Below, piece after piece: positions 18,234-28,600 of a stretch of DNA of 64,000 bases. The stretch's first letter is position 1. Each line of letters opens with the position of its first letter. The position numbers and the translations under genes were made by a program. The stretch lies in IMG/VR virus record IMGVR_UViG_3300044615_001997. One strand, 5' to 3'. The DNA comes from a virus. Under the pieces are notes generated by a model. That model saw nothing but the letters and a program-made list of their open reading frames with translations, was not told where the DNA came from and searched no databases.

Positions 18234-21200
18234 ATGGCATACATCGTACCAAAAGTATTAATTCAACAGGAGTTTACACAGGTTCCTGTCTATCGTGAGT
18301 TCCCAATGGCCGCTTTCATTATCGGCCCACAATACGCTCTTTTCCGCTATGACGTGGAAGACGAAAAAGAATTCACAAAAGTCATGCACCCAACCGATGA
18401 AGCTCTCGGTAACAAATATCAGAAATCTGATGATGTTACTTACAGCTTCCCCAACGTTCCTGCGGGTGGCAAAGTTGATAAAGATTATACAAAAGTTGTT
18501 TTTGAAGATGCTGCAGCTAAATATTTCCCTAACGCTGACCTCGGTACAGAAGATCTTCAAGAAGGCGCTGACGATGTTACATTAGTTCAAAACAGCGCAG
18601 GTGTTACATATAAAAACAGAGTTCGTTTTCCTCAGCACCTAACAGATGGTCACGGATATGCCCGTTCGTCTTGGTTCTCTAATCGTGACGTCCGCAAGGG
18701 CGACATGATTCGTTTGACTGATGAAAATGGTCTTCAGTTGACTAGCACAATTAAAGCCGTTCTTCCCGAAACTCCTATCCAGAACGAAGATCTGGCTTCT
18801 CAAGTCGGTACAGCTGCGGCTATCAAGAAGAGCAATATCGACCCAGGTCCAGACGGAACCGTTTATGCGGGAAGCAATCGCTTCACTGCAGAATCAGGTA
18901 ACTTCACAAAAGATCTCGAAGGAGAGTTTTTAACTATTCCTGGCGAAATCAACCAAACCTTCAAAATTCTTGCTGTTATCAGCCCAACAGAGCTTCTCCT
19001 TGATGAAGCTTCTACAGAAAACGAAGGTGGCCTTGCTTGGAGAATCGGTGGACAGTGGGCCGACACCAGCAACGCTGAGCCTCAGGTAGCTGACCTTGAT
19101 CTCGAATTTGAAAGCGATATCGCTGGCCAAGTTGCCGGTGGATGGATGCCAACAATCGATCCAGATGGAGATACCTACGTTGGTTACAAACATCTTCGCA
19201 TTGTTAACGACATTTATACAGTCGAATTGACCCATTTTGACGGTAACTTACCTACCGCCAGATTCACCATTTATTCCAATAGCGGTGCATTTGCTCCTAA
19301 GCAATTTCGCGCACTTTCAGGAACTAAGCTCACAGTTGATTCAGCTCGTGGCAATAACCTCGTGCTCGATTTCGCTCAGTCCTCAGATTGGGCAGTCGGC
19401 AAATCTGTTAAAGTTATTGCAAAAGCTCAAGTTGAGTCTGCAGGCTTCGACGCTTCTGCTCCTGGTGCTCTAGGCTACACAGGTACAGCTGATCTTGTTT
19501 ACAAGATTACAGTTATCCGTGGTGGACAATTCCTCAAAGCCGATAAATCCAATATCGACGTTGCTGCTAAAGTTGCAGTGACTTCCTCAGGTATTGATTC
19601 TTCTGGTTCTGTTTTGGTTGAGAAAAACGTTCCTTTCGCTATCGGTAGCTATGGCGTTTTCGCCACTTTCACAGCTGGTTCAGTTGGTGAAGGTCTCGAA
19701 GAAGGCTTGGTTGCTGGAGACGTTTTCTATCTCGGAGCTAAGGCTGCAAGACTTGGACCTTACACAATCATTGAATTGAATGATGAGCTTCCTGCTCCAT
19801 TCCTCTATTCCGATGAAGATCCAAATCTCGACGTAGAACTCTTTGCAGTTCTTCCTAAAGCTGAAATACCTGCACTGAGAGATTTAGTCGAAGGTACAGC
19901 TAACTGGACACAACTAGAAAATTATATCACTATTTATGCTGACTCTACTACATACTTGTCTAGCTTGGTAACTGGAGAAACTCCTGCGAGATTACCAGTC
20001 GAGCAAGCTCGTGTTTTCGTACAGCATAGAGATCTTTTACAAGACAACGTTGTCTCTATCGGAAGCGTCCGCTCTGGCGGTCAAATCGAGAAAACTCTCG
20101 GTCTTATCCATCCAGATAATCCACTCGCTCAGGGTGTTAATGACGCAGTTCTCAACGCAAACGGAGCAATCGTGTATTACATCGGTGTTGAAAGCGACGA
20201 CCTCGCTGGATATCTCGCCGCTATCGAAATTGCCAAGAAGTCTGACAAAGTTTATAGCTTTGCGCCAATGACTTTTGATCGTGCAATTCAAGATGCAGTT
20301 GTATCACATGTTAATGCCTACAGCACACCAGAAGTTGGTCGCTGGAGAATCGCATGGCTCTCTGCTAAAGACGACAAAACAAAAGTTATCTACGACAAGA
20401 AGGAAAATGGTTCACCATGGGTCGGAACAGTCACTGACGATCTTCAAGTTCCAGGTTCACAAAATAGATTAGTAACAATTCAAGGTGCTAAGTTTATTGA
20501 TGCCGGAATTCGTCCAAATGACTCAGTCAGATTCAACTTCCGTCTTAACCCAGATGGACAGCTTGCTTATGATGAGTTGTTCGTTGACGAAGTCAGAACT
20601 CAAACAACCCTAGCACTCACAACCAGTGTTTCAGCTCCTATCAACAGCCCAGTTAAGATGGAAATTGTCCGTCATTGGACTCGCGATGAAAGAGCAACAA
20701 ACCTCTCATTAATCGGTGGCGAATACAACAACCGTCGTGTACGCGTCGTGTTCCCTGACGAATACAAGTACGAGAGTGGTGATGGTGGCATGGTTACAAA
20801 GCAAGGCTACTTCATGGCCGCTGCTCTAGCCGGTCTCCGTTCTGGAGTTGTTCCTCACCAAGGTTTGACAAATACTCAAGTATTGGGTGCCTCTGACCTG
20901 AGCAAAGTTGTTAATGAATTCACTCCTGATCAGCTCAATGTAATGGCTGAACAAGGTATCTGGATCGTAACACAAGAAATTGTCGGTGCTACCCCATACG
21001 CCAGACATCAGCTTACAACAGATGAGAGAAGCCTCAATACCTCAGAAGATTCAATCACAACAAACGTTGACAATATCAGCTATGCCTTGAAACATACTCT
21101 CGAGCCATACATCGGTACTTACAACGTTAACCCAGAGAATCTGATCGTTATTAGAGATGCTATCGTCGGCGAACTGTCATTCCGTGCCACAAGCACAAGA

Positions 21201-21356
21201 ACAGTCCGTGCCGGTAATCAGCTCACCAGCTTCTCTGCTGAGGATGACATCCTCCTACTTCAACAAAATCCAACATACAAGGATCGCATTGATGTAGAAG
21301 TTAAGTTGAACGTTCCATATCCTCTGAACTACATCAACTTGAAGCTGATCGTATAA
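18234..21356 (+). CDS. Contractile tail sheath protein (1040 aa)
   Basis: N-terminal MAYIVPKVLIQQEF arm; C-terminal FMAAALAGL..HQGLTN, EDSITTNVDNIS..LEPYIG, IDVEVKLNVPYPLNYINLKL sheath signature; high-expression codons. Confidence 0.88.
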   Translation: MAYIVPKVLIQQEFTQVPVYREFPMAAFIIGPQYALFRYDVEDEKEFTKVMHPTDEALGNKYQKSDDVTYSFPNVPAGGKVDKDYTKVVFEDAAAKYFPNADLGTEDLQEGADDVTLVQNSAGVTYKNRVRFPQHLTDGHGYARSSWFSNRDVRKGDMIRLTDENGLQLTSTIKAVLPETPIQNEDLASQVGTAAAIKKSNIDPGPDGTVYAGSNRFTAESGNFTKDLEGEFLTIPGEINQTFKILAVISPTELLLDEASTENEGGLAWRIGGQWADTSNAEPQVADLDLEFESDIAGQVAGGWMPTIDPDGDTYVGYKHLRIVNDIYTVELTHFDGNLPTARFTIYSNSGAFAPKQFRALSGTKLTVDSARGNNLVLDFAQSSDWAVGKSVKVIAKAQVESAGFDASAPGALGYTGTADLVYKITVIRGGQFLKADKSNIDVAAKVAVTSSGIDSSGSVLVEKNVPFAIGSYGVFATFTAGSVGEGLEEGLVAGDVFYLGAKAARLGPYTIIELNDELPAPFLYSDEDPNLDVELFAVLPKAEIPALRDLVEGTANWTQLENYITIYADSTTYLSSLVTGETPARLPVEQARVFVQHRDLLQDNVVSIGSVRSGGQIEKTLGLIHPDNPLAQGVNDAVLNANGAIVYYIGVESDDLAGYLAAIEIAKKSDKVYSFAPMTFDRAIQDAVVSHVNAYSTPEVGRWRIAWLSAKDDKTKVIYDKKENGSPWVGTVTDDLQVPGSQNRLVTIQGAKFIDAGIRPNDSVRFNFRLNPDGQLAYDELFVDEVRTQTTLALTTSVSAPINSPVKMEIVRHWTRDERATNLSLIGGEYNNRRVRVVFPDEYKYESGDGGMVTKQGYFMAAALAGLRSGVVPHQGLTNTQVLGASDLSKVVNEFTPDQLNVMAEQGIWIVTQEIVGATPYARHQLTTDERSLNTSEDSITTNVDNISYALKHTLEPYIGTYNVNPENLIVIRDAIVGELSFRATSTRTVRAGNQLTSFSAEDDILLLQQNPTYKDRIDVEVKLNVPYPLNYINLKLIV

Positions 21357-21610
21357 TGGATCACTTTAAAGCAGGGTTTCTAAAATATGCAACAGAGTGT
21401 GGAGTGCCTGAAAATCGGGCACTCCACCTTTGGAAAAGAGCTCTAGCTTATCCTGGTACAGAAGGAGTATTCAAAAACTTAAATATTTCTACTTCAAATA
21501 CACCAGAGCAAGCACAGACTCCAGAAGAATTAGACTCTTTGTCAAAATTGATGGAGCAGGAAAAAATAAACGCAGAATTACAACAAATTAAAACTCAATT
21601 AGGAATTTAA
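21356..21610 (+). CDS. Small hypothetical protein (84 aa) carrying the GFxKxA motif
   Basis: TAATG coupling to the sheath gene; HFKAGFLKYATECG. Confidence 0.6.
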   Translation: MDHFKAGFLKYATECGVPENRALHLWKRALAYPGTEGVFKNLNISTSNTPEQAQTPEELDSLSKLMEQEKINAELQQIKTQLGI

Positions 21611-21819
21611 TGAAAGTTGTAGTAACAGGAGATTTTAAAAATCCCGTATTATTAGACACTAAAGAAGCTACCGGAATATTGATATACTCAGACAACGGAG
21701 AACCAAATACAATATACCGAATAGTTGGAAATGGTGTGGGATGGATAAGACTTACTAAGGGAGAAGATAAAAATTTTTACGATGTTGCTAGACAATTAGG
21801 TTTAATTAATATAGAATAA
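21610..21819 (+). CDS. Small hypothetical protein (69 aa)
   Basis: TAATG coupling to the previous ORF. Confidence 0.55.
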   Translation: MKVVVTGDFKNPVLLDTKEATGILIYSDNGEPNTIYRIVGNGVGWIRLTKGEDKNFYDVARQLGLINIE

Positions 21820-21825
21820 AATAAT

Positions 21826-21855
21826 AACAATCAAACAATCAAACAATCAACAATT
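21826..21855 (+). repeat. AACAATCA tandem repeat (x3 plus a partial copy) upstream of the tail tube RBS
   Basis: aacaatca aacaatca aacaatca acaatt, then AGGAG. Confidence 0.8.
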
Positions 21856-21866
21856 AGGAGAAATAT

Positions 21867-22289
21867 ATGGCTGATTTATTCAAACGCGAGGCCGCTACTT
21901 ACAAAGCGCCAATTACCGCAGATAAAGTTAAAATTAACTGGGGAGGCATAGTTACTGCCGGTATCCAAGTACAGATTGCTTATGCTCAACAAGTATCAAG
22001 ACGTCGCTCAATCGGAAATCAAGATATGGTAATTTTCGCCAGCTACCCAGTTGGACAAATCACCATAGCTAGAATGATTTGTGACGGAGCAGGAGATATT
22101 TTCGATAAGCCAGGTTGGGATCATTGCGAACCAGGAACAATTTCTATTAACCAAGAAGGTTGCGGTAGTGGATTTACATTAACAGCTAAAAATTGCGTTG
22201 TTTCTCAGTATACCCTCAGCGCTGAAGCCGAAGGTTTAACAGTTATCGATAATATCGTAATTGAGTTCCTTGAGTTGGAAAAAGGCTAG
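21867..22289 (+). CDS. Tail tube protein (140 aa)
   Basis: Downstream of the sheath, AGGAGA RBS, beta-rich tube-like pattern, own terminator. Confidence 0.75.
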   Translation: MADLFKREAATYKAPITADKVKINWGGIVTAGIQVQIAYAQQVSRRRSIGNQDMVIFASYPVGQITIARMICDGAGDIFDKPGWDHCEPGTISINQEGCGSGFTLTAKNCVVSQYTLSAEAEGLTVIDNIVIEFLELEKG

Positions 22290-22321
22290 TATTTATTTAT
22301 ATTACACTTCGTAAAATAATT

Positions 22322-22355
22322 AGAAACCCTAGGTAAAACTAGGGTTTCTTTTTTT
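22322..22355 (+). terminator. Rho-independent terminator after the tail tube gene
   Basis: AGAAACCCTAG-gtaaaa-CTAGGGTTTCT followed by a T run. Confidence 0.88.
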
Positions 22356-22390
22356 GTTGCAATGCCTAAGTAGCTAGATATATTAAATGA

Positions 22391-24790
22391 ATGGACTTAT
22401 ACTCTAAAAACCCAGATTTTAACACAATATCCAATAGATTTGAAAAAGGTTTTAACGTTTTTACTGGGCTCGTAATTACTTCTACTGCAGGTAGCTACAC
22501 GGTCACTGTCATTAGAGAAGGCTTTGCAGGTCCTACTGGTGATGGCGGAAGCATGATGCAGGGCATTATGCTAGCGAGTCAATTATCTTCCTTTTTGGGT
22601 TTTAAAGAAGTAATTGTTCCTCAGCCCGGCTCTCGAGTTCTTTGTGCTCAGGTAGGAGCCAATAGTTGTTATATTCTCGGGGTTATTCCACAGAATAACA
22701 TGACATCCGAAAATATTCCTGGACGTAGTATGACAGGTGCAGGCGATCCACATATGGATCAAGCAAACCAAAAAGGTCACGTAGATAAAAATTCTATTTT
22801 ACCTATTAATAGAAGACCTTCAGATATAGTCGACGGAGAATACGCTATTGGTGATGAGTTTGGAACTATGTTGGCGTTTTTTCAGCAGATGATTACGTTG
22901 AAGGGAAGCGAGTTGGCGCAAGTTCAATGTTTTTTGATGGACGATTTAGTAAGAATTATTAGTCATAATTTTCAACATTACACTGCTCTTGGCGAATACA
23001 ATATATGGCATGACGGTAAGTCTATAATGGCTGAATTTGGGGCAACACATCAACCAGGAGAGTCTTATGGGAGGCCTTTAGTGGAATCTGATAGCGGGGC
23101 TCCAATGTTTACTAAAACAGGCTCTAACGATGTAAAAGATGACTCAGATTTTTACAAAATAGCTGAAGATGAACGAACTAGAGCTATTGAAAGGCTTAAA
23201 ATTTTTCTAGGTAGGTTGGGAGATTTCTTGCATGTTTATATGGTAAGACCTGATCCTCAAGAAACTAGAGGATTTGATAAAAAACCAAGTAAGCCAGACA
23301 CCGGACTTTTTGATTTTCACTTGGGTCTAGATGGCGGTGCGCATATTCGTAGTGTTAAAGAAGTCTTTATCGAAAAGACTAATTGGATTCGCGTTCCTCA
23401 TCGTTGTAAAGACCCTGCAGACAAACAAGAGGGTGACGTTGAATACGAAAAAAATTACGAAGAAAAAAAGAAGTTTGAGTGGAAAAAAGAGTATAAGTAT
23501 TTAGAGAATCCACATTACTACTTTTTACAACTTCGCGATTATGTAGCTTACGTATGCGAAAAGAAAAATTATGAAAATTTTAAAAAGTTAGAAAAAGACT
23601 TTTACGTAAATGATAACATAGGGCAAGAAAACAGTTTAAAGCAGATAGATAAAGTAGATAAATGGACTAAGCTGGAGCAAGAAGACTATGAGTTGAGAAC
23701 TGCCGGTATTTATTTAATGCCTAACGGCGGAATTGTGATACGTGATGCATGGAACTCAGCTATTGTCATGGAAGGTGGTCAAATATTTTTACAACCTGCC
23801 AAAGATCTGCATATGCAACCATTACGCAATCTAGTGGCTAAGGTAGGTGGATTTACCAGTATTGCATCTAGATATGACGTAGACTTTTCTTCATCGGAAA
23901 AAGGATTTAGACTTAAAACTGAAAAAGCTCAATATTTTTATAGTAATAAGTCTGGTGTTGTTTTCGAGGCTAATCCTGAAAAGAAAGTTCCGTATATTCC
24001 TAATCCTAAGGATAGCGACGATGCGGTTGAAGATGTGGGTGGCATAGTATTTAAATCTACTCACGGCATATACAACTATGCTGCAAAAGAATATAAGGTT
24101 CAGTCGGAAGATCGAGCCATTATTATGAGTAAGATGATTCAGGTTAAAGCTACTCAATTATTAAGCTTACATTCTGATCAAGCATGGATAGGTACGTCAG
24201 ATACTTCTATGATTTTACACGGCGAGACTGCAGCTCTTCTTTTATCGTTGAGCGGGGCATGCATAGCTTCAGGTAAAACTGTTTCTGCTTATGGCATGAA
24301 AGACATTTATTTGGGTGTTATGTACGACGATAAAAGTCCTTTTATAGATCCATTGAAAGGAATAGTTCCATTAGACGAAGTTGAGGCTCAATTACGACCA
24401 GGACTAAAGGACTTAAAAAAATTCGAAGAAGCCTTTATGTTTGATAAAATTAAAACTTTTACAGACTTAGAATTTAGATTTTTAAAATCTCATAAATACG
24501 GTAATTTAGATAAACAGAAAGACGCAATTCCTATGACTATGGCCCAGCAAGAAGAAAAAGCTAGTGGCTTATTTAAGCTGGAGACCTGGAAGGAAAAGGA
24601 AGTTAAAAATTCTTATCCTTATCCAGGTAAAGATAAGTGGGAAGAATTTTATTTGGAGGGAGAAAAACCAAAAAATTTAGAAACAAATCAATTAGGCAAA
24701 GATTCAAATAACAAGGCAGATTCAGAGGAGAAACCTGCGGAAATAACATTTAAATCATTAGGAGAATACAAAGTACAAAAGAAAAGCTAA
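22391..24790 (+). CDS. Baseplate central spike / gp5-VgrG-like protein (799 aa)
   Basis: N-terminal OB-fold pattern (GLVI...YTVTV...VPQPGSRVLC...YILGVIP) followed by beta-helix-like short repeats. Confidence 0.65.
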   Translation: MDLYSKNPDFNTISNRFEKGFNVFTGLVITSTAGSYTVTVIREGFAGPTGDGGSMMQGIMLASQLSSFLGFKEVIVPQPGSRVLCAQVGANSCYILGVIPQNNMTSENIPGRSMTGAGDPHMDQANQKGHVDKNSILPINRRPSDIVDGEYAIGDEFGTMLAFFQQMITLKGSELAQVQCFLMDDLVRIISHNFQHYTALGEYNIWHDGKSIMAEFGATHQPGESYGRPLVESDSGAPMFTKTGSNDVKDDSDFYKIAEDERTRAIERLKIFLGRLGDFLHVYMVRPDPQETRGFDKKPSKPDTGLFDFHLGLDGGAHIRSVKEVFIEKTNWIRVPHRCKDPADKQEGDVEYEKNYEEKKKFEWKKEYKYLENPHYYFLQLRDYVAYVCEKKNYENFKKLEKDFYVNDNIGQENSLKQIDKVDKWTKLEQEDYELRTAGIYLMPNGGIVIRDAWNSAIVMEGGQIFLQPAKDLHMQPLRNLVAKVGGFTSIASRYDVDFSSSEKGFRLKTEKAQYFYSNKSGVVFEANPEKKVPYIPNPKDSDDAVEDVGGIVFKSTHGIYNYAAKEYKVQSEDRAIIMSKMIQVKATQLLSLHSDQAWIGTSDTSMILHGETAALLLSLSGACIASGKTVSAYGMKDIYLGVMYDDKSPFIDPLKGIVPLDEVEAQLRPGLKDLKKFEEAFMFDKIKTFTDLEFRFLKSHKYGNLDKQKDAIPMTMAQQEEKASGLFKLETWKEKEVKNSYPYPGKDKWEEFYLEGEKPKNLETNQLGKDSNNKADSEEKPAEITFKSLGEYKVQKKS

Positions 24791-24802
24791 GGAAATAACA
24801 AT

Positions 24803-25312
24803 ATGGAAGAAATAAGCGCATCATTAAAAGAAAGGTCTGCAGAAGCAGTCAAAACACCAGAACTCACGGATGAGGACAAAGAAAAGTTTCTTAAAGCCGT
24901 ATTAACAGATCAACCGTTTCAAGAAACAATAAATTTGTTTGATGGCCAATTAAAGGTAACTTTTAGAACTATGAGTGTGGAGGAGAATAACGATATCGTT
25001 AATCAAATAGCCAAAGATAAGGAGCACGGTATTGCTGAAAATACTGATGCTTATTTTATAACTATATCTACATATAGATTGGCTCTTTGTCTATTGTCTA
25101 TAGACGATAAAGACTACTCGGACATAGTTAAAAGCTCATTTAAATCAGAAGACGCAGCAATAACTTATATTAGGTCCAGATCTTTAAAGGTTAGAGAATG
25201 GCCTACGTTTAAACTTTCTGCATTTTTAGACGCTTTCAATAAATTTGAGGCTAAGGTAGTTAAATTGACTAATGCTGTGCAACAGCAAAATTTTTGGAAA
25301 GCCAGCGCGTAA
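24803..25312 (+). CDS. Tail assembly chaperone (gpG-like)
   Basis: 169 aa with VTFRTMS, upstream of the tape measure; ends just after an A-AAT-TTT slippery heptamer. Confidence 0.7.
   Translation: MEEISASLKERSAEAVKTPELTDEDKEKFLKAVLTDQPFQETINLFDGQLKVTFRTMSVEENNDIVNQIAKDKEHGIAENTDAYFITISTYRLALCLLSIDDKDYSDIVKSSFKSEDAAITYIRSRSLKVREWPTFKLSAFLDAFNKFEAKVVKLTNAVQQQNFWKASA
25288..25294 (+). promoter_or_regulatory. Programmed -1 ribosomal frameshift site (A AAT TTT)
   Basis: X XXY YYZ heptamer in frame with 24803; a -1 slip enters the frame of 25294..25665. Confidence 0.7.
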
Positions 25313-25665
25313 AGCTATTACTCAGGGGATATCTACGTGGTTGGCTAGATTTCAAATACGTCAATAAAACTTCCAAGCTTCGGGAAAATCTCATTATTTA
25401 TAACCTTGAAAATGAGGCTTATGAGGATGCTTTATCCCATAAGCTAATGCTGGATTCTGCCTTGATAGGAGGACATCAGAATAAAACCAGAGAGATGCTG
25501 GCCTCCCTGAATAAGACCTATAATCTATATATAGGTTTGAAATTGCCAGATTTATCTACAAAGGATACAATGGAAGAAAATTCTAAGATAACTAAAGATA
25601 CTCTAGCAGATTATAAAAAGTTGTTAGAAGAAATGAAGAAGCAACAAGAAGAGAAAAATGCCTGA
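25294..25665 (+). CDS. Tail assembly chaperone C-terminal extension (gpT-like, probably made as a frameshift fusion)
   Basis: No ATG start or RBS; begins at TTG inside the slippery site; overlaps the tape measure start. Confidence 0.65.
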   Translation: MESQRVKLLLRGYLRGWLDFKYVNKTSKLRENLIIYNLENEAYEDALSHKLMLDSALIGGHQNKTREMLASLNKTYNLYIGLKLPDLSTKDTMEENSKITKDTLADYKKLLEEMKKQQEEKNA

Positions 25666-28600
25666 AGTCTCATCACTACCAGCTAACCCTGATGTAAGCC
25701 AATACTCTCCCTACGGTAGAAATTACGGTAACGGATTATTAAATTTATTGGCCTTTAGTGCTTTTGGTTTTAACTACGCCCCTAAGCCTGAGGGCGCGCA
25801 AGGAATGTATGACGCCTACTACCAGAGGGAGCGGTCTAGGCAGTTTATGAATATTCAAACAGACGCCTTTGCAAACAACATGCTTTTTAAGGCAGCTGGG
25901 TTTGATCCTGAAAATAATATGTTGCAGTTTGCCGGAAAGGCTTTTGGTTCGCCTGACGGCATGGTAGCTAGAATGCTTTCTCCGTTAATAGGCGGTAACC
26001 CTATGGCTGCACAAATGCAGCTCTATGCAGGGCTTTCTGGAGCGAGTGTGATGGGTGCCTTTGGTAGGATTGGAGACGTCTCAAAAGGAGAAACTGACGA
26101 GATGATGCGAGTTATAGAAAAAAATTTCTATAGAACTACACCTATCGAGCAAGTCTCTGAGGACATGAATAAAGATTTTGTTAATGAACTTAAAAAAAAT
26201 CCACAACTAGCCGAGCAATTAGGTATAGGTGTTCCAATAACAGAAACCGGGGAAATAGACCAAGAAGCTTCACAAAACCTAAAATCTCGAGGTATCGAAC
26301 GTGAAAAGAAAGCTGCAGATTTATTAAAACTAGAACAAGAATTTAAAATTAATGAACAAGATTTAAAACGTCCATATAATCCTGAGTTAACTATTAACGC
26401 TTCTAATAGACTTCAAGGTGTTTTAAAAAACATAGGTTTATCTGAAAAAGATATTGAAGGACTAAAAAATACTCCTACCGGCGAAATCAATTTAACTTCA
26501 ACTAGAGCAAATTTAAATAAGGCAGCTGAAAGACTTAAAACTCCTGAAAAATATACTACCCAAATAGCTGATCGTATGGCTGAGATGATGGGTATGCCAT
26601 TTAAAAAGAATTTTATTTCCAGAGAAATTCAATCTGAGGGAGGCGTACCAATTAAAATTGATGGCCGTGATGTTCCCGTAGAATTACATACACAAGAACA
26701 AAGAGACAAGATAGCTGCCGCAAGACAAACTGCTAGCGCTATTAATTCTCCTTTACCTACCACAAAAGATCTAGTCGATAAAAGCAACACTACCCAAAGA
26801 AGACAACAGGCTTTTGAAGAATTGGATGTAGCTAAAGATTTAGCTAAAAAAATGGGTATAGAAGATATAAATAAACTAAGCTACGAACAAAATCAGGGAG
26901 TAATTACCAACATCAATGGAAAAAATGTACCTACCGAACTTATTTCCGCACAAAAGACAGCTATATCGACCACAGATCAGCCTAATCTCAATCAGCCTAA
27001 TCAGCCTAATCTCAATCAGCCTAACCAGCCTAGTTTAGATAATGAAGGACAGAGTAGAATACCTCCGGCTGACCCAAGTTTATATGCAGATATTGTAAAG
27101 CCTGAGGAAAATGAAAAGCGTAGAAAAGAATTAAACATAAATATACAAGAAGGGTTTAAATTAATAGATGCAATTCAGACAAATGAAAAAGGCAAACCTT
27201 ACAATAAAGCGTTACAAGAAGAATTATCAGGTAGCCTAGAAAGCAGGTTGGTTGATCTAGGTGTATCGGCTGACGCTTTAGAAAATAATCGTACAAACTT
27301 AAATAGTTTTACTCCTGAATTTATTAAACAGCTGGAGGAGACTAATCAAGCAAGCACACAGAAGGTAAATGCTTTTAATGAACAGTTGAAAACAAATCAG
27401 TTTAAGATAAATACTCCTGATTACGATATAGAAAAATCTAAACAACTCACAGCAGACATTAAAAAAATATTAAGAGAAGATTTAAATGTATCTGATGATG
27501 AACTGCAATCTGCCACTGGAAACACTGGAGTAATAAATACAGACTTTGTTAAACAAGCAGTAGAAAAAAGAGACCAAAACATACAAGACGTTTCTGGTCT
27601 TTTTAAAGACTTAGAAACTTTAAATAATAAGAGACCTGTATCGAAAAAAGAGCTTAACGCCATATCTTCCAGCATAGAAGAACAAATAGTCCAAACAGGC
27701 AGCTTGTCTCAAGATCAAATTTCTTCAGGTAAAACAGAAGAAGGCCGGGTTTCTTCCGACTTGATGCAAACACTCGAAAATGTAAACGAGACAGCTATTC
27801 AGGATATAAAAAACTTGGCAGGAGGATTAGAGAATAATGAATTAAAATCGGCAGCTAAAAATTATGATAAAGAATTGTCCAAGGTTATTTCTGATAAAAT
27901 TAAAGAAAAGCTAGAAAAGGCTTTTGGCGCTACCGAGGCAGAACTATCCGCAGCTACAAATCAGCAAGGTGTAGTCGACCCGCAGTATGTAAGGAATAAA
28001 TTAGCGGAGCAGGAGAAAAAAGTTCAAGGTATAAAACAGGAGTTTAATAGGTTGGAAGAACTGCATAAAGCTCAAGAAAAGCCTGGAGAGTTTTCAGACC
28101 CTGCCCAAATCGAAGCCAATAACGAGCGCCAAGCTGAAATACGAAAAATATTAAAAGACACTTATGGTGTTACCCAAGAACAATTAGATAAAGCAACAGA
28201 TGAACAAGGAAATATTAAGTCTGAGTTTATAAAAGAAGTTTACGATAAAGAAATAGAACGCGCAGAGGTGGAAAAGGCGGGACTAGAGTTTGACAAAGTC
28301 GAAGAATTTAAACTCAGTGAGGAAGCGCCTAAAATTCGTGCTAGATACTTTGATAGACAAATGCAGGCTCAAGAATTGGGTAATTTGCAGCTAGAATTAA
28401 AAGAAGTTCAGAAGATAGATACGGAAGCAGGCAGAGCACGAGCAGTTGAGATAAACGAACAAATAGTAACTAAGCTAAAAGCTTTAGGTGTTTCAGATAA
28501 AGAAATAGAAGAAAACTCAACATCTCAAGGAGGATTTCTAGGCATCGGGGATACAAGTTATCTGAACGAAGACTTTATACAAAACAAGCAGCAGGAGCTG

